Below, piece by piece: positions 25,408 through 35,523 of a DNA stretch of 64,000 nt. Every line of letters starts with the position of its first letter. The first letter of the stretch is position 1. Both the position numbers and the translations under genes were made by a program. The notes under the pieces were generated by a model that ran no database searches, was not told where the DNA came from, and saw only the letters and a list, made by a program, of their open reading frames with translations. This DNA is from a virus. The stretch spans positions 32,001 to 96,000 of IMG/VR virus record IMGVR_UViG_3300017917_003565; one strand, written 5' to 3'.

Positions 25408-25787
25408 TGTAATCCTTTTTGTTCTAGGCCTTGTTGATACCACTCGATGAATCTATTGCCTTCGGTCTGTTTCAAATCTATCATGCAACCATCTTTAAAC
25501 AAGGCTTCATACTCAATCCAGGCATTGGCTGAATAGCCACCTTGTTCCTGATTTTCTCTATAAAATCTTAGAGATCCAGAAAAATCATCGCACCACTTCC
25601 AGTGATGATTCTTTGTATCTAAATACATGCCAAATAAATGGCTAGCATCATTGATCCATTCTGCATCATATTCTTCAACCCACAAACGTCCTAACTCATC
25701 TATTTTGTATTGATCCAACATCTGACGAGGAGTGTCTTTGCTTTGATACTTGTTGCCTTCAAACTCTACCCAGTCAAACATACCCAT
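25404..25787 (-). CDS. Conserved phage hypothetical protein
   Basis: MGMFD ... YQSKD ... F.G...FY ... EY.A.F.DG. Confidence 0.7.
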   Translation of the reverse strand: MGMFDWVEFEGNKYQSKDTPRQMLDQYKIDELGRLWVEEYDAEWINDASHLFGMYLDTKNHHWKWCDDFSGSLRFYRENQEQGGYSANAWIEYEALFKDGCMIDLKQTEGNRFIEWYQQGLEQKGLQ

Positions 25788-26020
25788 TACTTGATTCCTA
25801 AAGTCAGAGGACTATGATCAAGATCACAAATATCTCGACCATTGATTGTGCCTTCGTAAAAATGTGCATCGGCGTCAATGATCTTGATTCTCATGTCACA
25901 ATGTTTGATGTCGTAGTCTGTGAAGTTGTATTGTGCATCATAGACTCTAAACACAAATTTATTCGAGGCATGGCAATAGATCAAATCTCCAACTTCACCA
26001 TTAGCAGTTCGGCTCTTCAT
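25787..26020 (-). CDS. Hypothetical protein
   Basis: FRVY.....F.DY.I.H.D ... LDHSP.TLG; TAATG coupling. Confidence 0.6.
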   Translation of the reverse strand: MKSRTANGEVGDLIYCHASNKFVFRVYDAQYNFTDYDIKHCDMRIKIIDADAHFYEGTINGRDICDLDHSPLTLGIK

Positions 26021-26202
26021 TACCACGATCCATCGTCCTTCCATATTCGTATTGTCAAAAACAACCAACCCAGGCTCACAGTCTGTGAGTGTGGGCCAGC
26101 CCATTCATCTTGGTAACGGTTGATCCAGGGTATCCATCGCCAATGCAAAGGATTCACAGTCACGATCAAGGACAGGCCGCTATACCGTAACCAGTTAAAC
26201 AC
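26020..26202 (-). CDS. Hypothetical Trp-rich protein
   Basis: NP.HW ... WLFL..R.W.DDGSW. Confidence 0.6.
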   Translation of the reverse strand: MFNWLRYSGLSLIVTVNPLHWRWIPWINRYQDEWAGPHSQTVSLGWLFLTIRIWKDDGSW

Positions 26203-26566
26203 TTTTGACTCCTTGTTCCACCCATTGTGCTAGAGCGTCATATTGCAGAGTGTCCCACTTGGTGTGCTCATCCATTATGTCGATCTGGATGTCTCGTTCT
26301 TTGGCCTGACACAACAAGTTGTTTAACACGGCCTGTCCATACCCATTGGTACCATATCCACCGTGACGACAACGATACACTGATCCTGAAGAACCATCAA
26401 AATCCCAAAATGAATCCTGCCACGTGGCACGCACTATGCCCGAGTTCAGTTTCCATGCGTCAGAACCTGTGTAACCTCCGGACCATGACGCAAATACCTT
26501 GTAGATGATTTCTTTGGGGGTGTGTATGCGCAACACCATCCAGCGATCTGGAACATACTCACTCAT
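26195..26566 (-). CDS. Conserved phage hypothetical protein
   Basis: PD.W ... YKVF..W.GGY...D.W.LNSGI ... F.G.SGS.Y.C. Confidence 0.75.
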   Translation of the reverse strand: MSEYVPDRWMVLRIHTPKEIIYKVFASWSGGYTGSDAWKLNSGIVRATWQDSFWDFDGSSGSVYRCRHGGYGTNGYGQAVLNNLLCQAKERDIQIDIMDEHTKWDTLQYDALAQWVEQGVKSV

Positions 26567-26772
26567 CAGCTACCTCCTCCGACATAGACATGATGCATCA
26601 AATAGTTGATCACTTGATCAGACCCCAGTACCCACTGTTGTTCTGGTGTGCGTCCATCAAAAGCACGATTAGGACTGCACCACCATTTTGGTGCCAAATC
26701 TGATCCTACCATGGCTGTGACCAAACGATCGGCAATGTACCGGAATTCTTTTTGAGTATCAACAGAGCTCAT
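26566..26772 (-). CDS. Stand-alone Xre/MbcA/ParS antitoxin-like (DUF2384) domain
   Basis: WW.SPNRAFDGRTP ... V.NYL; own promoter TTGATC-17-TATAAT at 26779-26807. Confidence 0.6.
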   Translation of the reverse strand: MSSVDTQKEFRYIADRLVTAMVGSDLAPKWWCSPNRAFDGRTPEQQWVLGSDQVINYLMHHVYVGGGS

Positions 26773-26803
26773 ATGCATATTATAACTGATCTATGATTTT
26801 TGA

Positions 26804-27622
26804 TCAATCGAGATCTAAGTACTGTAACTCAAAATGATTGGCTTGAGACTCATGCCCTACGTAACCTCTAGGGTTGCATACCACACGAGTGGTTCCAATA
26901 TGGTAGTCACTATTGTTGTGCATGTGACCATGACAAACCAGTTTGATCTGTGGACGGTCCAACAAAAACTCCGAAAGATCGGTGTAGAAGTTACCGTTCA
27001 TCAAAGTATCAGATTTGTAGCATTCGGCCACACTGAGCTCAGATGGTGCATGATGCACTACCAACACAAACTTTTCATCCGGTCGGCCTTCGGTCACGAT
27101 ACGGATATAATCCAGCATGGCCCGATGATCGGCCAAGGTATCTTCGGGTTGTAATCGGCTGGCATAACCGCCACCGCTGACACCGCGCCCGCTGTTACGA
27201 CACACTCGGTAATCATTCATGCTCTTGCTGGCATTCCACATGGTCAAAGGATCTTCGTTGTTAAAGTCAGTCCAGAGTGTTCCGCCTACAAAGGTCACAC
27301 CTTTGATGTCAATGGTGTTCTTGTCCAGCATGTGCAAGTTGGAACACTTCTGATTGTCTAGCATGGCCCGGAGGCGATGACGACTACGGGCAAAATCACC
27401 GCTGTAGTGTTCGTGGTTGCCTAGCACATATACAACCTTTTCAAACCGATCGCATACACGACGGAAAAAGGTCTGTACCCTACGACCCATAGGAGTGTCG
27501 TTGGTGGCATCTACCGCTTGGCAGATATCTCCAGCCAACACTAACACATCAGCTGCCTGTTCATTGAACAGCTCGATATCACCGAACTCTAGATGGATGT
27601 CAGACGCCAACGCCAGTTTCAT
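26804..27622 (-). CDS. Calcineurin-like metallophosphoesterase
   Basis: SDIHLE, LAGD, GNHE, TLWTD, HHAP, HGH.H, NPRGY. Confidence 0.9.
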   Translation of the reverse strand: MKLALASDIHLEFGDIELFNEQAADVLVLAGDICQAVDATNDTPMGRRVQTFFRRVCDRFEKVVYVLGNHEHYSGDFARSRHRLRAMLDNQKCSNLHMLDKNTIDIKGVTFVGGTLWTDFNNEDPLTMWNASKSMNDYRVCRNSGRGVSGGGYASRLQPEDTLADHRAMLDYIRIVTEGRPDEKFVLVVHHAPSELSVAECYKSDTLMNGNFYTDLSEFLLDRPQIKLVCHGHMHNNSDYHIGTTRVVCNPRGYVGHESQANHFELQYLDLD

Positions 27623-27992
27623 TTGTTTCCTGTTTTTTAAGATTAGCCAGTTCGGCCTTGAGTCGCTCGATTAGATCTGGATCGCCACCACTGAGATATG
27701 CAATCTTGTCAGGATACAGTTCAGCGAATCGTTTGCGTATTTCGGCTAGGTCAGATCCTTGACACAGGAACTGACGATCGTTTTCACGATAAAAATACAG
27801 TTGTCCATTGTGTTCTTCTACCAACACACCCAACATCTGTTTTTCTACCTCTTGGGCAGCTTCACGTGCTAGATCACGGATCTGCACTTCAAACCGCCCA
27901 ATGGCGCGGCGCACCAGATAAACCAGCAACAACACGCTGATGCCCATGCCGATCATGATACCAGCTATAAGATTTAGAGTACTACTTTCCAT
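27600..27992 (-). CDS. Membrane-anchored hypothetical protein
   Basis: N-terminal TM; FLCQG motif. Confidence 0.6.
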   Translation of the reverse strand: MESSTLNLIAGIMIGMGISVLLLVYLVRRAIGRFEVQIRDLAREAAQEVEKQMLGVLVEEHNGQLYFYRENDRQFLCQGSDLAEIRKRFAELYPDKIAYLSGGDPDLIERLKAELANLKKQETNETGVGV

Positions 27993-28021
27993 GTTTCACT
28001 CCAGGTTGATTAACACAGTGT

Positions 28022-28540
28022 TTATTTTAGTCCTTTGGCTTCTACACCTTCTTTGTACCACTCAGTCAAAGGTTCTGGTTCTTCATCTTCAACATAGCCA
28101 AACGCTTCTTCGGCCATGGCCAGATACCCTTCACGATCAGAATTTGCGTCACGATGATCATCATCCAGGTATTCGCCATCCCAGATTACCCGGCCCACAA
28201 AGGCCATTCCGGGTTCCCAATATTCCAAGGTAAACTGCATCTGACTGTTTTGTTGCGCCCAGGTGTAAAAGGCTTCCACACAAGGACCCCAGGCCGTACT
28301 GAACTCAAATGTGACAGAATCTTCTTCGGGTTGATGCTCAAAATACACATCCGATATTTCCCATTTGGTACCCCAGTTGGCCACACGCCACGAATACCAA
28401 TCTTGGTCAGTTTCGTACTTGGGCTCGGGCACCATCCAGGCCAGCAACGGTGTGTCTTCATGATTGAGGATTTCAGTGATTTCCTGGATCACCGACGCAG
28501 GACCTGAAATAGTTGCACGGTTGGAACACCAGTTGGGCAT
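28022..28540 (-). CDS. YubB/DUF1281-like ferredoxin-fold protein
   Basis: MPNWC.N ... WY.WR..NWGTKW ... F.TAW.P ... Y.EPG..F.G; promoter TTGACC-17-TATAAT at 28569-28597. Confidence 0.75.
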   Translation of the reverse strand: MPNWCSNRATISGPASVIQEITEILNHEDTPLLAWMVPEPKYETDQDWYSWRVANWGTKWEISDVYFEHQPEEDSVTFEFSTAWGPCVEAFYTWAQQNSQMQFTLEYWEPGMAFVGRVIWDGEYLDDDHRDANSDREGYLAMAEEAFGYVEDEEPEPLTEWYKEGVEAKGLK

Positions 28541-28602
28541 GATATACCTTTATTTACTGTAAAACTACATTATACAGCAAATGCCATTATTGGTCAACCA
28601 AA

Positions 28603-28631
28603 GAAAAAGCCCTGGTATTGCGCCAGGGCTT
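28603..28631 (-). terminator. Intrinsic terminator
   Basis: AGCCCTGG-CGCAATA-CCAGGGCT-TTTTC. Confidence 0.8.
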
Positions 28632-28670
28632 GGGCTCAGTGCTCGGTCTGAATCGAGCAGCGGGTGGGTA

Positions 28671-28934
28671 TTAGATACCCAATGCAAGAGCACGGTAGCC
28701 AGCGGCTACCAACTTACGGCTGGGTTTGCCAAGCACATATTCTGTGACTTGTACGCCATTGCCTGCTTTGCGGCTGTTGGTGTAAACGGCAAAACCGTGG
28801 TTACGGATGCGGCTTACTTCAGCTGACAAATTCTTAACACCCATCTTTGATGCTTGGCTGGCTGTTAAGGCTTTACCACTTTGCAGTGCTTGGAAGACGC
28901 GGAAGGTCTTGGTTTCTGGATTGATAAACTTCAT
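28671..28934 (-). CDS. Small winged-HTH DNA-binding protein
   Basis: AL.SG..LT......GV.N..A.VS.IR..G..VY.N ... Y.LG.PSR. Confidence 0.65.
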   Translation of the reverse strand: MKFINPETKTFRVFQALQSGKALTASQASKMGVKNLSAEVSRIRNHGFAVYTNSRKAGNGVQVTEYVLGKPSRKLVAAGYRALALGI

Positions 28935-29063
28935 TTGTGTTACCTTTCATGATAGTTCACTGTTTTTACACAGCGTAGGCTTAGTATAGCATGCGCTGAC
29001 TTGCTAAACAACCTTGTTTGGTAAGCATTTAGCCATAAATAACAAAAAAGGCTGAATCCACAC

Positions 29064-32000
29064 ATGACCCAATATGTTATCAACATCGGAGCCTTGCCCA
29101 ATGATGGCACGGGCGATCCGCTTAGAACCGCTTTTAACGAAGTAAATCTCAACTTTGACCAGGTTTTCGCCGCGGGTCCGGTACTGAGCAATATTCGGAT
29201 AGCCAACAACACCATACTCACTACCAACACCAATGGAAACTTGGTTTTGGCACCCAATGGCATAGGCCTAGTGCAATCCAATGTCAGCATCGTGCCTAAC
29301 TCGGCCAACATACGCAATCTAGGAAGCGCAGATCGTCGTTGGAGCACGGTGTACACACAGTATCTGGACGTTTCGGCCAATCTCACCATCAGCGGAAACA
29401 TCATCTACAACGGCGACCTAAATGTGGCCGGAAATCTCACAGTCAATGGCGATCTTATCGAAGTCGGCAACATCGTCACAGACAGTAAAACCATACAGTT
29501 AGCCAACACCGCAGGTACTACCGCCGCTGCCAACGGGTCGGGTATCACTGTGGGGGCCAACGATCTTATAGCCACTTACCTTTTTGACAGCTCAGCTGAT
29601 GCCTGGACCACCAATATCGGCATTACGGCCGTGGGCAATATAGCAGCACCTTATTTCTTGGGCAACGGTAGCCAGCTTTCCGGCGTACGAGCAGATACCT
29701 TGGTCGGCAACACCCTGAGTTCCAATGTGTTGTTCTCCAGCCTAACTTCCGTGGGCACCTTGACTGCGCTAAATGTAACTGGCAATGTTTCAGCCACGGG
29801 CAACATCATTGGTGGCAATGTTGAAACCACAGGACTGATCACAGCCACGGGCAACATTATTGGCGGCAACATCACTACCACAGGCAATGTGTCTGCAGAT
29901 TATGTCATAGTAGCCGGAGGAATCGTAGCCGAAGCATCGGCCAGTCCGGCTCCTAGCTTATCAGGATTTGGCAATATCACTAGCGGTAATCTTATCACCA
30001 CAGGGATGGTAACAGCCACTGGCAATGTCACAGGTGGCAATGTTGCCAGCGGTAACCTGATCACTGGTGTAACTCTGCAGGTGTCTGATGCCACTGTGTA
30101 TGGCAACGTTGACAGTGTCATGGTCAATGCCACGGGCAACGTAGTCGCAGGACAATATTTTATTGGTGACGGTAGTTTACTCACAGGCATTGGTGCCAGC
30201 TACAACGATGCTGACGTAGCCAACTTGTTGGCGGCATTCGGTGCTAATATTATCAACAGCACTGGCAACATCACCACCACTGCCAATGTGTCCGGCGGTT
30301 ACATACTAGGAGATGGTAGCCAGCTTACCAACTTGCCAGTACAACCCGGCACTTATGGTGACTCCAACGTAGTCACATTGTTGGGTGCATTTGGCAGCAA
30401 CAATGTATCGACCACGGGCAACATCACAGCCGGATTGTTGATAGGCAATGGATCGGTTCTAACTGACATCACTGGAGCCAACGTCACAGGAACTGTGGCA
30501 AATGCGTCCTACGCCACTTCGGCAGGTTCCGCGACTACTGCCACTTCGGCCACTACTGCTAACACAGTGACTGACGCAGCACAACCCAATATCACAAGTG
30601 TAGGCACATTGACCAGTGTGACCAGCTCGGGTAACGTACAAGGCGGTAACTTGTTGACTGGCGGACTAATTTCGGCCGCTGGTAATGTTACAGGTGCTTA
30701 TATATTTGGTAACGGTAGCCAACTCACTGACATCAATGCCGTCACGATAGATATAACCGATACCAACGGGTTGACCACCGTATACTACCCAACTTTTGTA
30801 GAGAACAGAAGCACAGGACAGATCGCCCGTGCCGATGTGGACCTTTCATATCGCACAGACACCAATACGTTGACCGTGGGCAATCTATCAGCCACTGGCA
30901 ACGTCACAGGCACATTTATACTTGGCAACGGATCACAACTTACTGGCATCATTAGTAGCTATGGCGATTCCAATGTGGCCACATTGTTGGCCAACTTTGG
31001 TTCCAACGCAGTATCAACCACAGGCAACGTGACCAGTGGTAATCTAACAACTTCTGGTACTGTGTCAGCCACAGGCAATGTCAACAGCAACGAAATCAAT
31101 GCCAATCGAGCGGTACTAGGAAACATTGGTGGTAGTAGTATTTCTGCCGATGGTCGTATTTTCACCAGCGGCAATGTGGTTGCAGGAAACGTAAACTCAA
31201 ACGGTATACTTTTTTCCACAGGCAACATCGTTGGTCCACATGTCAATGTCACTGGAAATGTAGTAGCTGGCAATGTCAACTCCAATGGCTTGTTGTTTGC
31301 TGTCGGCAACATCGTTGGTGCTAACTTAGATTCTTATGGTATTATCACAGCGATTGGTAATGTCACTACCAATGCCAACGTCAATGCCAACAACTTGCAT
31401 GCATCAAATCGACTCAGTGTTACCGGTAACATAGTAGCCGGCAATGTCAACTCCAATGGCTTGTTGTTTGCTACAGGTAACGTAGTGGGCGGCAATGTCA
31501 ACTCCAATGGTAGAATTTTTGCGTCAGGCAATATACAAGGTGCTAACATTGACACCACTGGATCAATTTCAGCTGTGGGTAATGTGATTGGTGATTACTT
31601 CTTTGGTAACGGTAGCCAACTTACTGGCATTGTAGTTTCTGGAGGAACTTCCATAGACAATGGCATATCAAATGTGAGCATAGCTTCTGCTAATGGTCCA
31701 ATCACTGTGTCATACAATGGCAGCGGCAATACCTGGACATTTGGCAATACAAGTGTTCCACAAGCTCTGTATTGGCCGGATGGATCATTCCAGGCCACAG
31801 CCTTTGTGGGCCAGGCCACAGACTTGGTCAGTACAGGTAATGCCACAATCACCAGCGATGCGCTTGGTGTATCATATGTATGGACCTTTGACGATATTGG
31901 AAATCTCACTCTGCCTACCAACGGTAGTATTGTTGTAGATGGCGGCGATGGTGCGATTGGCCCGGTCAGCGACGACTTAGTTATCTCATGGGACAACGAG

Positions 32001-33218
32001 GAAATCCGCTTGGTTTCTGTTCAAGGCAGCATTGAAATGCAGGCTGACAACGCATTCCGTGTACAGACCAGTTATGACGGTCCCAATGTCATATATGGCA
32101 GCCGCTGGGAATTCAGCAACAACGAAATCGTCAACATCACCGGTGATTTTGGCATTGTGTCTGAAGTAGGAAACCTCACCCTGTCGGGCGGACGTGATGG
32201 TGTCAACAGCGGCAATACCACAGTGCGAGCAGTTAATGTTGGCGTGTTGGTTGCTGACTGGGTATTTGACAACACTGGCAATCTTACAGCACCCGGAAAT
32301 ATCATCACTACTGCCAATGTGTACGGTGATGTAGGATTGTTCAATGACATCAATCTTAATAATGCCGGCACTAACCGTATGCTCTATGTTGATGGTGATC
32401 GCAACATCTACGACACTGATTTCTCTTATGATTCAGCTAACAGTGTTATATCTGGCACCGGCAACATCATAGCTGGTTATTTCATTGGTGACGGTAGTCA
32501 ACTTACAGGGTTGTCATCAAGTTATGGCAATGCCAACGTAGACGTTTACCTTAGCAGTGGCACCATGTCAGCTAATATCATTACCACAGGTAATGTAGAT
32601 AGTGCCAATGTCAACACCAGCAGAATGGTTATAGGCAATATTGGTGGTAGCAGTATTTCTGCCGATGGTCGTATTTTCACCAGCGGCAACGTAGTAGCTG
32701 GCAATGTCAACTCCAATGGCATACTGTTTTCAACCGGCAATATCGTTGGTCCACATGTCAATGTCACTGGCAACGTAGTGGCCGGCAATGTCAACTCCAA
32801 TGGCGTTATTTTTGCCACTGGTAATATTACTGCCGTGGGTAATATTATTACTTCGGCCAACGTAGTGGGCAACACCTCGGGCTACACCATTGGTTACAGA
32901 GATATACCACAGGTGGCTTTTTCAGCCAATACTACCGCAGCTCTTATTGACGCTGGTAAACATTATTATTCCACTACAGCAGGTAACTTGAATCTAACTT
33001 TGCCCGATGATTCATCGGTGACATTCCCAGATGGCGCTACATTGACCATTGTACTCAATGCCGCAGGTAATGTCTTGGTCAGCCAAGGAACAGGTGTTAC
33101 CCTGTACCAAGCCGGTAGCGCAACTACAGGAAATCGAGTGGTAGGAGCCTATGGACTGGCCACAGTGATGAAAGTGTCTGCCAATACCTGGGTGATCAAC
33201 GGAACAGGAGTGTACTAA
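29064..33218 (+). CDS. Long tail fibre-like protein (1384 aa)
   Basis: NIG..PNDGTGDPLRTAF...N.NF N-terminus; dozens of TGN(V/I)..GN repeats; C-terminal IGYRDIPQ ... W.I.G domain; TAAATA at 29036-29041. Confidence 0.85.
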   Translation: MTQYVINIGALPNDGTGDPLRTAFNEVNLNFDQVFAAGPVLSNIRIANNTILTTNTNGNLVLAPNGIGLVQSNVSIVPNSANIRNLGSADRRWSTVYTQYLDVSANLTISGNIIYNGDLNVAGNLTVNGDLIEVGNIVTDSKTIQLANTAGTTAAANGSGITVGANDLIATYLFDSSADAWTTNIGITAVGNIAAPYFLGNGSQLSGVRADTLVGNTLSSNVLFSSLTSVGTLTALNVTGNVSATGNIIGGNVETTGLITATGNIIGGNITTTGNVSADYVIVAGGIVAEASASPAPSLSGFGNITSGNLITTGMVTATGNVTGGNVASGNLITGVTLQVSDATVYGNVDSVMVNATGNVVAGQYFIGDGSLLTGIGASYNDADVANLLAAFGANIINSTGNITTTANVSGGYILGDGSQLTNLPVQPGTYGDSNVVTLLGAFGSNNVSTTGNITAGLLIGNGSVLTDITGANVTGTVANASYATSAGSATTATSATTANTVTDAAQPNITSVGTLTSVTSSGNVQGGNLLTGGLISAAGNVTGAYIFGNGSQLTDINAVTIDITDTNGLTTVYYPTFVENRSTGQIARADVDLSYRTDTNTLTVGNLSATGNVTGTFILGNGSQLTGIISSYGDSNVATLLANFGSNAVSTTGNVTSGNLTTSGTVSATGNVNSNEINANRAVLGNIGGSSISADGRIFTSGNVVAGNVNSNGILFSTGNIVGPHVNVTGNVVAGNVNSNGLLFAVGNIVGANLDSYGIITAIGNVTTNANVNANNLHASNRLSVTGNIVAGNVNSNGLLFATGNVVGGNVNSNGRIFASGNIQGANIDTTGSISAVGNVIGDYFFGNGSQLTGIVVSGGTSIDNGISNVSIASANGPITVSYNGSGNTWTFGNTSVPQALYWPDGSFQATAFVGQATDLVSTGNATITSDALGVSYVWTFDDIGNLTLPTNGSIVVDGGDGAIGPVSDDLVISWDNEEIRLVSVQGSIEMQADNAFRVQTSYDGPNVIYGSRWEFSNNEIVNITGDFGIVSEVGNLTLSGGRDGVNSGNTTVRAVNVGVLVADWVFDNTGNLTAPGNIITTANVYGDVGLFNDINLNNAGTNRMLYVDGDRNIYDTDFSYDSANSVISGTGNIIAGYFIGDGSQLTGLSSSYGNANVDVYLSSGTMSANIITTGNVDSANVNTSRMVIGNIGGSSISADGRIFTSGNVVAGNVNSNGILFSTGNIVGPHVNVTGNVVAGNVNSNGVIFATGNITAVGNIITSANVVGNTSGYTIGYRDIPQVAFSANTTAALIDAGKHYYSTTAGNLNLTLPDDSSVTFPDGATLTIVLNAAGNVLVSQGTGVTLYQAGSATTGNRVVGAYGLATVMKVSANTWVINGTGVY
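31119..32804 (+). repeat. 171-bp direct repeat pair within the fibre gene (31119-31289 and 32634-32804)
   Basis: Both copies encode GNIGGSSISADGRIFTSGNVVAGNVNSNGILFSTGNIVGPHVNVTGNVVAGNVNSNG. Confidence 0.9.
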
Positions 33219-33943
33219 TGGCCGGTGCCTTGGGCATTATGGTTGCCCAGCCCGGGCAGATCATCACAAATGGATTGCAACTGTGGTTGGATCCTGCCCT
33301 TTCGTCTAGTTATCCGGGCACAGGAACGTCGGTATATGATCTAAGTCCAAATCGTTACACCGCAACTTTGGTCAATGGTGTGACCTACAGCACCGCACGA
33401 GCACCCAGTTTTGGCTTCAACGGTGCCACCAACTACAGATATATCAACACCGGACAGTATCTGAGTTCTGAAACCTTTACCTTGAGCTCATGGTTCAAAA
33501 GTTCCGTTACTACCACTTACCAGATGTTGTTTTCAAAAGAACAAGTGGGTGGCAGTCCGTGGAACTATCGTTTGTATTTGGGTATAACAGATGGTCGTAT
33601 CTATGCTGACATGACCAATGGGACAACTGCATCATTGGCCGGATCTACCAATCTCTGTAACGGAGTGTGGCACAATGCTGTGTTTGTGCGTAGCGTGGCC
33701 TTGGATACCTTGTATCTTTATGTGGATGGAGCCTTGATTACTTCTATCACTGATGGCACCACAGGTGCCATGAGCAACAATCAAAATGTCTGGATTGGTT
33801 TGAGTGCTTTTACAGGTGCTAGTCCTACAGGCAGCTACCCTGTGAATGGACAGATAGGCCAGAGCTTGATTTACAACGTGGCTTTGACTGCGACGCAGGT
33901 CCAGCAAAACTTCAAAGCGATGAAATCAATCTACGGAGTCTAA
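33218..33943 (+). CDS. LamG / concanavalin-A-like lectin domain virion protein
   Basis: GL.L.LD.....SYPG.GT...DLS, FT...W, WH.....R, LYVDG, G.I.....YN.ALT..QV.QNF. Confidence 0.85.
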   Translation: MAGALGIMVAQPGQIITNGLQLWLDPALSSSYPGTGTSVYDLSPNRYTATLVNGVTYSTARAPSFGFNGATNYRYINTGQYLSSETFTLSSWFKSSVTTTYQMLFSKEQVGGSPWNYRLYLGITDGRIYADMTNGTTASLAGSTNLCNGVWHNAVFVRSVALDTLYLYVDGALITSITDGTTGAMSNNQNVWIGLSAFTGASPTGSYPVNGQIGQSLIYNVALTATQVQQNFKAMKSIYGV

Positions 33944-34291
33944 CTGTAGAGTTGTAATATGCCGGCATTGGCCGCGAAACTTGAATCCTGAACAAGTACA
34001 AGTCCAAGATCCTTGATTTTCATTCACAGTATAAACATCACCTTTTGAACCAGTGATGTTCCATACCCGGCCCTGCGGCTGTTCGGGCTTGACCATCTTG
34101 AACTTCCAACGATTAGCCACTTCCACGAACTTGCGCCTGCGGCGATCTATAGTAGTAGGGCGATCAAAATATTCAGGTTTGCTTTCACCCCAACGACTAT
34201 AGGCATAGATTTTATCACCATCCATGAGATACACATGATTGGGTTGACGATATTCGACATCCCACTTGGTGACTTCTTGCATGATTTTCAT
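33926..34291 (-). CDS. SWIM zinc-finger protein
   Basis: GSKG..Y.V ... CTC.GF.FR..CRH. Confidence 0.75.
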   Translation of the reverse strand: MKIMQEVTKWDVEYRQPNHVYLMDGDKIYAYSRWGESKPEYFDRPTTIDRRRRKFVEVANRWKFKMVKPEQPQGRVWNITGSKGDVYTVNENQGSWTCTCSGFKFRGQCRHITTLQLDSVD

Positions 34292-34308
34292 TATGGAATC
34301 CTAAACGA

Positions 34309-34581
34309 TCAGCGTGATAGGTTGATTACACGACCTTGATATTCCATGAAACTTACACGCCATGGAATGAAAAAGACATGCCCCACTCGGCTGTGTTTAT
34401 CGGTTTGCTCGTCACCGCCAAACACATCACGGGTGACTTCGACCTTGTAGGCTTGATAACCCATGTCTTGATTGTGGGCGTCAATCACACGACCTTCAAT
34501 GAAACTGTCACCACGCCCTACCATGGGTTTGAAATCGTAACCGCGGATCACATCACCTACCTGGACATTTAATGCAACCAT
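34309..34581 (-). CDS. Hypothetical protein
   Basis: AGGAGCG RBS; promoter TTGACT-17-TATAAT at 34613-34641. Confidence 0.7.
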   Translation of the reverse strand: MVALNVQVGDVIRGYDFKPMVGRGDSFIEGRVIDAHNQDMGYQAYKVEVTRDVFGGDEQTDKHSRVGHVFFIPWRVSFMEYQGRVINLSR

Positions 34582-34672
34582 TTTCGCTCCTGTTATCTAA
34601 CTGTATAACAATATTATAGCAAAATGGGTTTTTTTAGTCAACCAAAATAGCCAGGATTTTAGGTGATATAAC

Positions 34673-34837
34673 TCACTGATTTTTAAGTGATTTTTCGTGT
34701 GTTTCTTGGGATCTATCGAAACAATGTGGCGCCCAGCCACAGAATGCCACAGTCCAAGCCGTGGCCTCAGGAGAGCCCCAGGTCAGGAGAGTCATAGCGC
34801 CGGCGGCACCGGCTATCAAGATTGCGATGATTTTCAT
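34673..34837 (-). CDS. Small membrane protein (54 aa)
   Basis: TAATG coupling; hydrophobic N-terminus. Confidence 0.5.
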   Translation of the reverse strand: MKIIAILIAGAAGAMTLLTWGSPEATAWTVAFCGWAPHCFDRSQETHEKSLKNQ

Positions 34838-35091
34838 TAGGATTTCCTTTTGAGTTCACGTTCAGTATTTTGTTTTTCCATCTCATAGATGCTGTAACTA
34901 AAACGAAACCAGGCCCTAGCTGCATCACCAAGTACCACGATCAGTCCTACTGCGGTCAGAATCTGAGGCCACGGTGAAGGGCACCCTGCGATCAAGGCCA
35001 CGACGGCCAACATAGTGAGACTGAATCCATAAAAACTAGGGCTAGTCAGCGTGCCTTCAAACTGCCAGCGTAAATAACCTCGAATATTCAT
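34837..35091 (-). CDS. Membrane protein
   Basis: Two TM helices; promoter TTGACT-17-TACAAT at 35122-35150. Confidence 0.6.
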   Translation of the reverse strand: MNIRGYLRWQFEGTLTSPSFYGFSLTMLAVVALIAGCPSPWPQILTAVGLIVVLGDAARAWFRFSYSIYEMEKQNTERELKRKS

Positions 35092-35136
35092 TGTTTGCTC
35101 CTAGAGAATTGATAATGTCATATTGTAACAAAAGAT

Positions 35137-35523
35137 TTATTTTGAGTCAACCACTGGATGCCACCCCAACTGAGCCAAATCCCAACGTATTTCATCAGTG
35201 ATCATGCCCTCGGGCACATAGCGTTTTTCAGATTCGGTAGGAGTGTAACCATCGCGATCGTGCCATACTCCCGACCCCGAACAGTACCAGTCCAGATAAT
35301 CGCCATGGCCACGGATCTCGGCCACAATAGCACCAGCACTACGCCAGGAACAGGACCAAGTCTGATCTCTTAGAATCTCCCACACATCCTCTTCCTGCCA
35401 TTCTTGATTGCACAAGGCCGCATAGAAGTTCTGGGCATAGGCATCGTCATTGCGAATTTTGTCCACAATCCAGTCGCATTGACACACATCCATGTCCAAA
35501 TGATGGGTGTGTTGTATGGTCAT
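35137..35523 (-). CDS. Conserved phage hypothetical protein
   Basis: YAQN.YAALCN ... WSCSWR.AG.IVA......DY.DWYCSG ... V.EG..T.EI..DL..LGW. Confidence 0.75.
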   Translation of the reverse strand: MTIQHTHHLDMDVCQCDWIVDKIRNDDAYAQNFYAALCNQEWQEEDVWEILRDQTWSCSWRSAGAIVAEIRGHGDYLDWYCSGSGVWHDRDGYTPTESEKRYVPEGMITDEIRWDLAQLGWHPVVDSK

